Positions 27,332 through 37,620 of a stretch of 64,000 nucleotides of DNA are shown one piece after another (within the stretch, counting starts at the first letter, position 1; every line of letters starts with the position of its first letter). Source of the DNA: Macrostomum lignano (Eukaryota); assembly GCA_002269645.1 (NCBI GenBank), contig NIVC01000594.1:124001-188000 (forward strand), in the 5' to 3' direction. The notes under the pieces were generated by a model. The model searched no databases. It was not told where the DNA came from and saw nothing but the letters and a program-made list of their open reading frames with translations. The translations under genes were made by a program, and so were the position numbers.

Positions 27332-28294
27332 TGTTGTATCCCCCTTCCTCGCTGGCACGGCCGGGTTGGGCGACGGGTAGCGGTGTCGGGGTTCGGGTAC
27401 TAGACTGCCCAGGGCTTACGAGCTCGATCGGCGACCCCGAGGCGTACGGACACTTCGGGGGGAGGTCAAGGTTGAGAAGTCGAGAGAGAGGGGAGGGGCG
27501 GCTGTGGGCGGGCGGCCACTCGACAGCCTGGTGAGTCAAGGAAGAGAGAGAGGGCTGCGGGCGGTCGGCCACTCGACAGCCTGGTGAATCAAGGAAAAGA
27601 GAGAGGGCTGTGGGCGGGCGGCCACTCGACAGCCTGGTGAGTCAAGGAAGAGAGAGAGGGCTGCGGGCGGTCGGCCACTCGACAGCCTGGTGAGTCAGAC
27701 TGAGGAGAGAGTGAGAGAGAGAGAGATCAGGAGAGCGACCCCGAGGAACACAGGCAATTGTCTCGACAGCTTACCGGGCCGGGTCGATTATAGCACTCAT
27801 ACACGGGAAGGCCGATCGATTGCAATAAATTGAGTCTTCGCAGTAAGAGACCGTCTTTACGGCTGATCGCTGGTCACGTTCGTTTATTTATCGCGGTGGG
27901 CGCAAATGGGCGCAGGCACGGTGAGAAAAGGGGCGGGGTCTGAGCGTCGCCTTAAATAACGAGTAAAAAGGGGCAGGGGCGCAAACAAGGGGGGGAGAAA
28001 GGGCTTAAACAATGGAGCTGATTGACAGCTGATTGGCTGCGGCGAGGGGAGGGTGGAAGCGCGCACGGCCAGGGAGAGGGAGAGAGAGCAGAGGCCCAGC
28101 CAATCAGCACGGCTAGCCAAAGGGCTAAACAGCCAAGGCGAGAGAGAGAGAGAAAGAGAGCAGAGGCTCAGCCAAAGGGCTCATAGCTCCAGACTGGCTT
28201 GAGCCGGGGGGGGGGGTAACAATAATCAACTACCAAAGTCAACAACTATCAAAGTGCACTTGCACCAGGGAGCACTGTGACACAGGTCACAACA
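27332..28294 (-). mobile_element. Shared LTR (963 bp): 3' LTR of copy 2 and 5' LTR of copy 1
   Basis: Termini TGTTGT...ACAACA; PPT upstream and PBS downstream. Minus-strand CCAAT at 28031-28036, TATTTAA at 27952-27958, AATAAA at 27883-27888. Four 53-bp repeats at about 27497-27700. Confidence 0.95.
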
Positions 28295-28304
28295 CCCTCC
28301 CCCT
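28295..28304 (-). promoter_or_regulatory. Polypurine tract
   Basis: AGGGGGAGGG directly abutting the LTR start TGTTGTG. Confidence 0.9.
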
Positions 28305-28397
28305 AAAAAAAAGAAAACGACGCGCTTTGACTGAATGAAAATGAAAAAAAAATGTAATGAAATGAAACTGAATGAAAGAGACCAAGAGTGTCAGGCA

Positions 28398-28875
28398 GCG
28401 GCCGAGAGCGCAGGACAGGGGCCGAGGATGTCGGACAGGCCGAGAACACCGGGCACGGCCGAGAATGCCGGACTGTGGCCGAAAACGCCGGGCATGGCCG
28501 AGAACACCGGCACGGCCGAGAATGCCGGACTGTGGCCGAAAACGCCGGCATGGCCGAGAATGCCGGACAGCGGCCGAGAATGCCGGGCAGCGGCCGAGAA
28601 TGCCGGGCAGCGACCGAGAACGCCGGGCATGGCCGAGAGTGCCGGACAGCGGCCGAGAATGCCGGGCAGCGGCCGAGAATGCCGGGCAGCGACCGAGAAC
28701 GCCGGGCATGGCCGAGAGTGCCGGACAGCGGCCGAGAATGCCGGGCAGCGGCCGAGAATGCCGGGCAGCGACCGAGAACGCCGGGCATGGCCGAGAGTGC
28801 CGGACAGCGGCCGAGAATGCCGGGCAGCGGCCGAGAATGCCGGGCAACGACCGAGAGCGCGGGCATGGCCGAGAG
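28398..28875. repeat. GC-rich 20-bp minisatellite inside the retrotransposon 3' region
   Basis: Unit gccgagaatgccgggcagcg and variants. Confidence 0.9.
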
Positions 28876-29007
28876 TGTTCCCCGCCCTTCCTTCGGGGCC
28901 GCTCCCAGTGCCAAACAGAGGGATCACAACGACGATCAGAGGAGAGATGGGATGAAATGAAGGAGTGAAGGTCTCTTGCCCGCCCTGGCATCCTGCCCCA
29001 GAACCCC

Positions 29008-29889
29008 CTAGACCGCCACCTCCGCCGCCCGGCGCAACAACCCCAACACGCGTCCTCCGTCGATTAGTTCAAACTGAGGGATCGCAACACTCATGACGAA
29101 CCGAGTGCTTCGCTTGAAGGCAGGCCGCCGCCAGACACGCCGAGCATGACCCCGACACTTGGCGCTGATGTCACGGAGAATGAACTTGACAGTCTGAGCC
29201 AAAAGCTCGGCGATTTCGCGTCGATGATCCAGCCGCTCGCTGCCGCACAGTCCCACCATTTCAGTCAAAAGCCGGAACATCGCAGCTGGACTCCCCGACA
29301 ACAAAGCGTGCCGAAGCTCCGACCGGATTCGAGCTCTTCGCTGCGTTGCCTCCCCGCTCCAGGTGTATTCCACCTCGGTACTCGGCTCGCTCCTCATCAG
29401 CCACGCTGGCGACTCCCGTTGGTCGATGACGAGCTCCGGTTCGTCTTCTGACATCGAAGTTTCGCCGTCGAATTCATTCAAGAGCTCTTCTTCCTCTGAC
29501 TGCGTGATTTCACAGCAGCTCTGAGCAGTCTCCTCGCCGCCGCAACCACCACGCTCGCTTCCTTCCGACTCCCTGTCCTCGTCTGACTCTTCTGTTTCGT
29601 CTTCAATCGTTACGACAAACTCCTCCGGGACGCACATCCCATCCGGCGGGACAAAATACCGGGCGCACTCGAGCGGGTTGCTAACGGCATCCTGCCCGAA
29701 CCGGTCGTACAGCGCTCGTCGAAACGGACACAGCAGGACCGCACTCGCATGCTGCAGCCTCTGGAAATTCTCCGTTCCACCGGGTCCACACTTGTCGGGG
29801 TGCCGTCGCAGGCTCTCACGGCGGTACGCACGTCGCAGCTCCTCCTCCGTCGCGAAGGGGCTGACACCAAACTCGGCGTAGAGGTCCAT
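29008..29889 (-). CDS. J-domain (DnaJ/Hsp40 class C-like) protein carried by the retrotransposon, 293 aa from ATG
   Basis: MDLYAEFGVSPFATEEELRRAYRRESLRRHPDK...ENFQRLQHASAVL..PFRRALYDRFG is a complete J-domain with HPD, followed by an acidic linker and an unknown C-terminal region. Intronless, same strand as pol. The track ORF starts at a GTG (29925); the first ATG is 29889 in GGCATGG context. Confidence 0.9.
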   Translation of the reverse strand: MDLYAEFGVSPFATEEELRRAYRRESLRRHPDKCGPGGTENFQRLQHASAVLLCPFRRALYDRFGQDAVSNPLECARYFVPPDGMCVPEEFVVTIEDETEESDEDRESEGSERGGCGGEETAQSCCEITQSEEEELLNEFDGETSMSEDEPELVIDQRESPAWLMRSEPSTEVEYTWSGEATQRRARIRSELRHALLSGSPAAMFRLLTEMVGLCGSERLDHRREIAELLAQTVKFILRDISAKCRGHARRVWRRPAFKRSTRFVMSVAIPQFELIDGGRVLGLLRRAAEVAV

Positions 29890-30086
29890 GCCCGGAAAGC
29901 AGTGCCTGCAACAACCACGACTCACTTTTGAGAGCAGGGCAATGGTTCCTTCGAGCCTCTTTGGGGCGCCGATCCTTCATCCCTGATGGCAGGGTTGGGC
30001 AGGTGGGACCTCCACTGACGGGCCTTAAGAGGGGAAATATATATTTTTGTTTGTGAAGCAGAGGCAATAACACGAGCCCAGTTTTC

Positions 30087-30240
30087 AATAACGCGGGTGA
30101 TGACGCAGACGATGCTTCGAACCAAATGTTGATGACGCAGGTGATGACGCGGATGATGCTTCGAACCAAATGTTGATGACGCAGGTGATGACGCGGATGA
30201 TGCTTCGAACCAAATGTTGATGACGCAGGTGATGACGCGA
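30087..30240. repeat. 44-bp tandem repeat (about 3 copies) between pol stop and J-domain ORF
   Basis: gatgacgcaggtgatgacgcggatgatgcttcgaaccaaatgtt at 30131 and 30175, with partial flanking copies. Confidence 0.88.
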
Positions 30241-30266
30241 CATTGCGCACGCACTCACGTCCGCTC

Positions 30267-33200
30267 TTAATAATAAACGGGCGTTCCATAACGCTGCGGA
30301 ACCCTTCGATCCCTCTGGGGTCGACCTTCGATGACTTCAACTGGCGCTTCCGGCTGCGGCTGCACTCCTGGCTGCTGCACATCCATTGGTTCTCCCTCCT
30401 CTCGAACCCGCCCGGAATGTCGCCACCATCGCTCCTCATCCTCATCGTCCGATTCCTGCGAGTCCTCCCTGACGGATTCCGTCTCTTGAGCAGGACCTGG
30501 GTGGTACCTCCTTGGTGCAGGACGCCGAGGGCCACCGGTGCCGTCGACCGGGTACTTCCGGTACCGAGGCAGGAGGTTGTTAAAGTGCACCACCTTGATC
30601 GGCTTCCGTCGACCTTCCTGTCGAATCCTATAGCGCGTCTCCGACAGCTTCTCGAGAACTACGGCAGGTCCGGTCCAGGGTGAGTGGAGCTTCGCTTTGG
30701 CACCGGCCTTCAACACGGGGTTGTAGACGAACACCTCGTCGCCAGCCACGAATTCTCGACCCTTCACCTTCCGGTCGTACCAGTCTTTCTGCACTCGTTG
30801 ATATGACGTTATTCTCTCACGCACCACCCGATGGGCTTCCACGAGCGTCTCCCGCAGGTTCTGGACTTCCTCGCAGTACGGTTCGATGTCCAGTGGGCGC
30901 GCCACTCCCAAGTCAACTGGCAGAGACATCTCGCGACCATGCAGAAGGAAGAAGGGTGAGTAGCCGGTGCCGCGGTGCACACTGGAGCGATACGCCATGA
31001 GCGCCGGGGCAACGAATTCGTCCCACCGCCTCTGATCCGGCTCCTTCACCAGGTGCGCCCGGATCACTGCAGTCAGCGTCTTATTGAAGCTTTCCACTTG
31101 GCCGTTTCCAGAGGGGTGATAGGCGGTCGTACGCGTCTTTCGGATATTCAGACTTTCGCACAGCTGGCCGATCAATTGCGACTCGAAATTGGCTCCCTGA
31201 TCCGAGTGGATTGTTCCTGGGGCTCCGTAGTGACAGACCCACTCCTCGAGCATTGCCCTTGCACAGGTGCTGGCCGTCTGATCTGGCACCGGTACTGCCA
31301 CTGGCCACTTACTGAACGCGTCCTGCATCGTCAGTATGTATTTGTTGCCTCGGACGCTGGTTGGCAGTGGTCCAATCAAATCCACCATCACTCTTTCAAA
31401 CACATGGCTGCTGGGAATCGGCTCCAATGGGGCCTTCCGCCGCATCCCGGGCTTGCTCCGGTTACAGTCGTCACACCTTCGCACAAACTCCTCGACCTCT
31501 CGCTTCAAGCCGGGTCTCCAGAATCGGTTCCTGACTTTCTCCAGAGTCTTTGCTACGCCGAAGTGTCCACCTCCTGGTCCAGAGTGCAGCGTCTGCAGAG
31601 CGTCGGGGATCAATTTCTTCGGGAGAACAGCCCGCGGTGGGTGACGTCCCAGATCCTTGATGACGAGGGTGTTGTCCACAATTTCCAGCCGAGGCTTTTG
31701 TGCCCAGATGGCTCGGGTCGTTGGTGACGCACCCCGAGGTGGCTCTTCGTTTGCTCGGCCGGCGTGCATCGACTGGTAAACTGGAGCGATGTCGTTGTCC
31801 ACAGCTTGTGCTGCTGCCAGCTCATCTCGGCTGAGCAACCCGAGCAGCGTCGTTACCCTGACCCCGGGGAGGTCATCAGTCCGGCACGACGGGCAGTTAT
31901 CCATTTCGGGATGTCGTCGCGGCGGCTTGCGTGACAGCGCGTCCGCATTCTGATGACGCGCCCCTGGCCGATGCTCCACTGCGAAGTCGAATGGCGCCAA
32001 CCTCTCCATCCACCGAGCCAACTGGCCTTCCGGCTGCCTCATACTTCGGAGCCACTGCAGACTTGCGTGGTCGGTGCGCACCCGGAACCTCCGGCCAAGT
32101 AGATAGTACCGGAACCTCTCTGCGAATGTCACCAGCGCCAGGAGCTCGATTCGTGTCGTGCAATAGTTGAATTCGGCCCCTTGCAGACGCCGACTCCCGT
32201 ACGCAATAACCCGCTCTGACCCGTCTTCTTGTACCTGCGACAAGACTGCTCCGAGACCCTGTCGGGTACTTCCATCGGTATCCAAGATGAACTCACCAGC
32301 CGTGGGGTCGAAGTTCGGGTAGGCCATCACGCGGCAACCGGTCAATTCTTCTTTCAGCTTTTTGAAGGCCTCATCGTGTTCCTCTCTCCAACTGAACGGC
32401 TTGTCTTTCTTTGTCAGATCAAAAAGTGGTGCAGCGACTATCGAGAATTCTGGTATGAAGTTTCGGTAGTAACCAGCCAGACCCAGGAACGACTGAAGGT
32501 CTTTTGCATTTCTTGGAATGCTCCAGTCACGGACTTCCTTGATCTTCTCCGGGTCGACATCGATTCCGTCCTTTGACACGACGTGGCCAAGGAATTTGAC
32601 CTCATCGGCCAGGAATCTGCACTTAGATGGCTTTAGCCTCAAGTTGGCTGCGCGCAGGCGCTGGAATACCGCCTCGAGATTCGTTAGATGCTCGCTGACA
32701 GTTCGGGACCAAATGATGATATCGTCGATGTAGACGAGCGCCATTTTCCACAGAAGGTCGTGTAGTACCATATTCATCAACCTTGTGAATGTCGCCGGCG
32801 CATTGGTCAATCCGAAGGGCAGCACCTTGAACGCGAATTGCCCCCGATGCGGAATGACAAAAGCAGTCTTTTCTTGATCCTCCCTTTTGACCTTAACTTG
32901 CCAATAGCCGGAGCACAGGTCGAGCGTCGAAAATACAGCCGCACCTCCGAGCGCTTCAAGTGCGTCATCGACACGCGGGATTGCTATGGCGTCCTTGACA
33001 GTTCGTTGATTCAACTCCTGTAGTCGACACACAGTCGCAGTTCCCCATTCTTCTTACGGACACAGACCACTGGCGAACTCCACGGCGATTGGGTCGGTTC
33101 AATCATCTTCGTTGCCAAAAGCTCGTCGATTTGTCGGTCGACTTCGCCGCGCCAATGTGGCGGTAGCCGTCGCGGAGGCTGTTTTACGGCTGTTCCGGTG

Positions 33201-34084
33201 GTCTCAATTTCATGCTGCACGATGTCCGTCGTCCCGAGGCGCGCTGTACTCTCTGCGAAAACATCTGCGTATCGATTCACCAATCTTAGGAAGCTCGCTT
33301 TGTCTGCCCCCGTGAGCTGCTTGGAGCCGTGCTGGTTCAGTGCCGCCTCTGGGTCCCATGGATCGCAGCTGGGTCGTAAAACCGACGCTTGCTCTTCGAT
33401 GCTGGCTACCAGAACCTCTTGAGCCGGATCTGATGGTCGAAACCAGCCGATGACAGCTCCCTTCCGCAGCCGCAGCTCGGAGTCCGTGACATTCGCGAAG
33501 TGAACTGGTAGGGTGTTGCCCTGCTGGATGAGGCAGACGCTCCTGGCTAGCATTGGTCTCTCATCGCTCTTCAGTTTTTCGTCTGGTTCGGCGACGCCGA
33601 GCACTCCGGAATTCTGTGTCGCTGTTCTCCGAATCCTGGCTGAGACGGTCCGTTCGTGATTGGCCGGAATGATCAAGTTTTCGTTCAGGTACAACCGGCA
33701 GACGACTGGTTTGTGCTTGGTCTCTCGGATTGGCACACGTGAACCGTTCACGCGGAAAACTCCTCCGGCGAAATCGATTTGGCACCGGTGGCGGCGTAAG
33801 AAGTCGGTGCCTAGCAACAGTTCGTAGCCGACCCCTTGGACCACCGCAATTGGCGTCTGTAAAGTTTCTGATCCGAACTGTAGGGGAAGCGACGCGCATC
33901 CTAACACATTCATGGGAGTTCCGTTCGCTGAGATCAGGTGGGTTTCCGAAGGGCTGAGTTCAACTCGAACCGACTTGCTCAACTGCCGCCAGGTCCTCTC
34001 GTTCACCAGCGACATGACCGAGCCCGAATCCAACAGACACGGCAACTCAATCTCGCCAATTTTTACCGACACGTAGATTGACAC
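30267..34084 (-). CDS. pol: Ty3/gypsy Pol (protease-RT-RNase H-integrase), with a 1-nt frameshift at about 33017
   Basis: Protease LLDSGS; RT LDLCSGYWQ, YIDD; RNase H DTDGS, ELLA, TDH, NADALS; integrase HHCC plus VDLIGP, SDQG, VESFN; GPY/F-like SPWTGP. The motif CVDYR(E)LN is split between two frames. Confidence 0.95.
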
Positions 34085-34181
34085 GGGATTAAAAGCTGTT
34101 GCAGGTTGATCTCTATCTCTTGAGCAGTCCGCCGGGCATCCTGCTGCACGTCGCTCCGGGGCTGCATCTTCGTCTCGGGTT

Positions 34182-34243
34182 GGGGCCTCTACTGTCTCGG
34201 CGGAACTCCCTCGCCCCTGCGGAAGTTCCCCTTGCCGTTTCCC
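34182..34243 (-). promoter_or_regulatory. Predicted -1 ribosomal frameshift cassette (slippery site plus H-type pseudoknot)
   Basis: G GGA AAC at 34243-34237, 7-nt spacer, stem 1 34229-34221/34210-34202, stem 2 34217-34213/34186-34182. The -1 frame is open into the protease. Confidence 0.75.
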
Positions 34244-35169
34244 TGTTGCTGACGGGTTGGGCAGTTAGTCGCGATGTGCCCTGGCTTGTTGCAGAAGAAG
34301 CAGCGAATTCCTCCCGTTCGTCGAGGCTTCTGATGGTCGCCTTCGTCGGAGTCGGTCGGTCGAGCTGCGGCGCTGCTATGCGGTTCCGCTATCAGCGACT
34401 CGAGCTGAACCACTTTGCCTTGAAGCTGCCTCACCAGTTTCTTCAACTCCTCGAGCTCTTTGTCCTTTTCTTGGGAGTAGGCTCCATCCTCCCGAGGCAC
34501 AGATTCCGCCGCGCCGCTCACCACGAAGACTCCTCGGTGGCCGCTGCCAGTTGCTCCAGCCGATCTCGGTCCCTTCGCCGCCTTGGACGCCGCCTCGAGC
34601 TGCCTCACCGCGCGTTGTGCTGCCACCAGACCTTCGGGCTGCTGCAGGTAGAGCTTCTCTCGCTGGAGGTCGGAGAGTCTCACCCCTTGCATGAAGCGAT
34701 CCTTCGCGAGGTCGTCCTGCAGCTCGGCAGTTGCCGCCGGGTAGGCACAGCGCACCAGTTCAAGGAGAGCATCTGCGTAGGCCTCCAACGACTCGCCATC
34801 CTTCTGATCTCGGGTTTTTAGCTCGACCTTGCTGTCCTGCTCTGTCCGGTACCGGGAGAAGCGAGCCTCCAACCGGGCGGTGAATCCCTCGTAGTCCAGC
34901 GGATCCACAGGATCGTCGGGTCCCGGCAGGTTCAGATTATCGACCGCAGCGTACGCCGTAGCGAGATCCAGCATGCTCATCAAGTGCTCGCGGCGATGCT
35001 CCTCGTCAATCTCGGCGGAGTCGCAATAAGCGTTGAAAGAGCGCAGCCAGAGTCGAAAATTCATGCTTGACGTGTACTTCACGGGCTTCGGGAGTCTCGG
35101 TGGCTGGGCTGGTCCATCCGCTCGCAGACGCTCGGCTAGCAGCCGAATCAGTTCGTCCACATTCGCCAT
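34189..35169 (-). CDS. gag: Gag (326 aa) with CCHC zinc knuckle
   Basis: CFFCNKPGHIATNC; RDQKDGESLEAYADAL major-homology-like segment; starts 24 nt after the PBS. Confidence 0.93.
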   Translation of the reverse strand: MANVDELIRLLAERLRADGPAQPPRLPKPVKYTSSMNFRLWLRSFNAYCDSAEIDEEHRREHLMSMLDLATAYAAVDNLNLPGPDDPVDPLDYEGFTARLEARFSRYRTEQDSKVELKTRDQKDGESLEAYADALLELVRCAYPAATAELQDDLAKDRFMQGVRLSDLQREKLYLQQPEGLVAAQRAVRQLEAASKAAKGPRSAGATGSGHRGVFVVSGAAESVPREDGAYSQEKDKELEELKKLVRQLQGKVVQLESLIAEPHSSAAARPTDSDEGDHQKPRRTGGIRCFFCNKPGHIATNCPTRQQQGNGKGNFRRGEGVPPRQ

Positions 35170-35193
35170 GACAGCTCACAAGCAAACTGAGCA

Positions 35194-35211
35194 GTCCCTG
35201 TTCGGGCGCCA
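35194..35211 (-). promoter_or_regulatory. Primer binding site, tRNA-Lys(UUU), copy 2
   Basis: TGGCGCCCGAACAGGGAC. Confidence 0.92.
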
Positions 35212-35212
35212 A

Positions 35213-36175
35213 TGTTGTATCCCCCTTCCTCGCTGGCACGGCCGGGTTGGGCGACGGGTAGCGGTGTCGGGGTTCGGGTACTAGACTGCCCAGGGCTTAC
35301 GAGCTCGATCGGCGACCCCGAGGCGTACGGACACTTCGGGGGGAGGTCAAGGTTGAGAAGTCGAGAGAGAGGGGAGGGGCGGCTGTGGGCGGGCGGCCAC
35401 TCGACAGCCTGGTGAGTCAAGGAAGAGAGAGAGGGCTGCGGGCGGTCGGCCACTCGACAGCCTGGTGAATCAAGGAAAAGAGAGAGGGCTGTGGGCGGGC
35501 GGCCACTCGACAGCCTGGTGAGTCAAGGAAGAGAGAGAGGGCTGCGGGCGGTCGGCCACTCGACAGCCTGGTGAGTCAGACTGAGGAGAGAGTGAGAGAG
35601 AGAGAGATCAGGAGAGCGACCCCGAGGAACACAGGCAATTGTCTCGACAGCTTACCGGGCCGGGTCGATTATAGCACTCATACACGGGAAGGCCGATCGA
35701 TTGCAATAAATTGAGTCTTCGCAGTAAGAGACCGTCTTTACGGCTGATCGCTGGTCACGTTCGTTTATTTATCGCGGTGGGCGCAAATGGGCGCAGGCAC
35801 GGTGAGAAAAGGGGCGGGGTCTGAGCGTCGCCTTAAATAACGAGTAAAAAGGGGCAGGGGCGCAAACAAGGGGGGGAGAAAGGGCTTAAACAATGGAGCT
35901 GATTGACAGCTGATTGGCTGCGGCGAGGGGAGGGTGGAAGCGCGCACGGCCAGGGAGAGGGAGAGAGAGCAGAGGCCCAGCCAATCAGCACGGCTAGCCA
36001 AAGGGCTAAACAGCCAAGGCGAGAGAGAGAGAGAAAGAGAGCAGAGGCTCAGCCAAAGGGCTCATAGCTCCAGACTGGCTTGAGCCGGGGGGGGGGTAAC
36101 AATAATCAACTACCAAAGTCAACAACTATCAAAGTGCACTTGCACCAAGGGAGCACTGTGACACAGGTCACAACA
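35213..36175 (-). mobile_element. 5' LTR of gypsy copy 2 (963 bp)
   Basis: Nearly identical to 27332-28294 at offset 7881; no PPT upstream, only genomic flank. Confidence 0.95.
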
Positions 36176-36182
36176 CAGGGAT

Positions 36183-36252
36183 CAGTGGCGTACGCAGGAC
36201 TTTCCATTGGGAGGGGGCCGCGCGGCCCCCTGCCCCCCTGCGTACGCCACTG
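36183..36252. mobile_element. 70-bp MITE-like element with 16-bp TIR
   Basis: cagtggcgtacgcagg...cctgcgtacgccactg; hAT-like terminus, but no clean TSD. Confidence 0.6.
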
Positions 36253-36742
36253 TAGAGGATCGGTGTAACCTAAGTTCTATAAAATAAATAATTGATCTTG
36301 TAGTGTGCGTGCGTACGCACCGTTATTGTGGGCCAGTGCACACATGATTAGGGCTGTCTGATTAGTTACGGAGTGGGGGTGGGTGTCGCCAACCACATTT
36401 AACCAAGTCAAGTCATAATATAAAGGCAGATGAGATAGATAAACGTACGCGCCCTGAGAGACGTTGAGTACCAGTTTCCCTGCACGCCAAAATATTGCCT
36501 GTTTCAGTTGTAGCAAATCCTATACTATTCTGTCAACTATGGTAGTTAGACCCATCCGCTGTAACATTAATGACAAGACTATCCACCAGATCCGAATGTT
36601 ACACACGTGTCACTAGGGCTCACAAATTCCCGGGATCCCAGGGGTTAGTCCCAGTATGTCACTTTTCATCCGACAGCTCATTCGATTCAAATGGTACCTT
36701 TGATTTGCTATTATTGGAAAATGAAATACTTTTCATAGAAAA

Positions 36743-37039
36743 ATGGTGGCAAACAACAAAAATCCTCCTTAACTCCGAACTCAATTTGACAGACTGACTC
36801 GAATTCGCGACCTCACCCAGAGCGGCTTAAGCGCCAACGAGATTCGCTTGGTCACCGGTCTGAAGTGCAGCAAGAGTGTTAGACGCTGTCTGAAATGGAG
36901 CTCCGCCGATGCTGCCGTGACTGCCGCATCTCCCTCCTCCGCTGCTAACGCCGTCGAGGACATCCCAGTTGACGATTTTGGCGAGGAATTTCAAGCGGGA
37001 ATTGGAATGGAATTTCAAACTGACTTTGAGATGGAGTGA
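36743..37039 (+). pseudogene. Possible degenerate helix-turn-helix fragment
   Basis: MVANNKNPP*LRTQFDRLTRIRDLTQSGLSANEIRLVTGLKCSKSVRRCLKW; one in-frame stop at 36770; HTH-like spacing judged by eye only. Confidence 0.3.
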
Positions 37040-37398
37040 ATGACTGGATGATGAGACTCAGAGACCTGGTTTCCTCGTTTTTTATTGAGTTTTTAAACTT
37101 CAAGTTACGTAGGTCGGCTTGTTTAAGGCTACTTTAGTGCATACATGTAGTATTCAGTAGTATCAGTAGGTTTTTTTCACATTTCTCTTATCAAATACTG
37201 AAGCTTGGTAAAATTTTTATATTACTCTACAGTCTAAAATTAATTAATTAACCTTTCAAAGACACGCCGTTGAAGTGGTTATTGTTAATATATATACTGT
37301 TTGTTTACCTGTAATCTGTTTCGTTAAAATGATTTTTAATACTCTTAGTTTTAAAAACAGGTTGTGCTACCGAAAGATCTACGTAGATTTAATAGGAG

Positions 37399-37620
37399 TA
37401 GATGTGTTTCGGGCTCTGGATGTGTTTCAGGCTCTTTAGACGCCTTTCAGGATCTAGAGAGCCTGAAACGCATTTAGAGAGCCTGAAGCATATCTAGAGA
37501 GCCTGAAACACATCTAGAGACTCTGAAACATATCTAGAGACTCTGAAACTCATCTAGGGAGCCCGAAACACATATAGAGACTTTGAAACCCGTCTAGAGA
37601 TCCCTGAAAGCGTCCAGAGG
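37399..37620. repeat. 20-bp repeat array that switches orientation (foldback)
   Basis: About 3 inverted units, then about 8 forward units of tctagagagcctgaaacaca, with the axis near 37456. Confidence 0.8.

Larger units (their letters stand above)
27332..36175 (-). mobile_element. Full-length Ty3/gypsy LTR retrotransposon with J-domain cargo
   Basis: LTR-PBS-gag-pol-J ORF-PPT-LTR, all on the minus strand. Confidence 0.93.

Noticed and set aside
28287-28991. ORFs of about 200 aa on both strands in the retrotransposon 3' region
   Set aside because: Products of the GC-rich 20-bp minisatellite.
29600-29700. T-antigen-like LxCxE Rb-binding motif after the J-domain
   Set aside because: The nearest matches (LECAR, and QSCCE further on) do not fit LxCxE.
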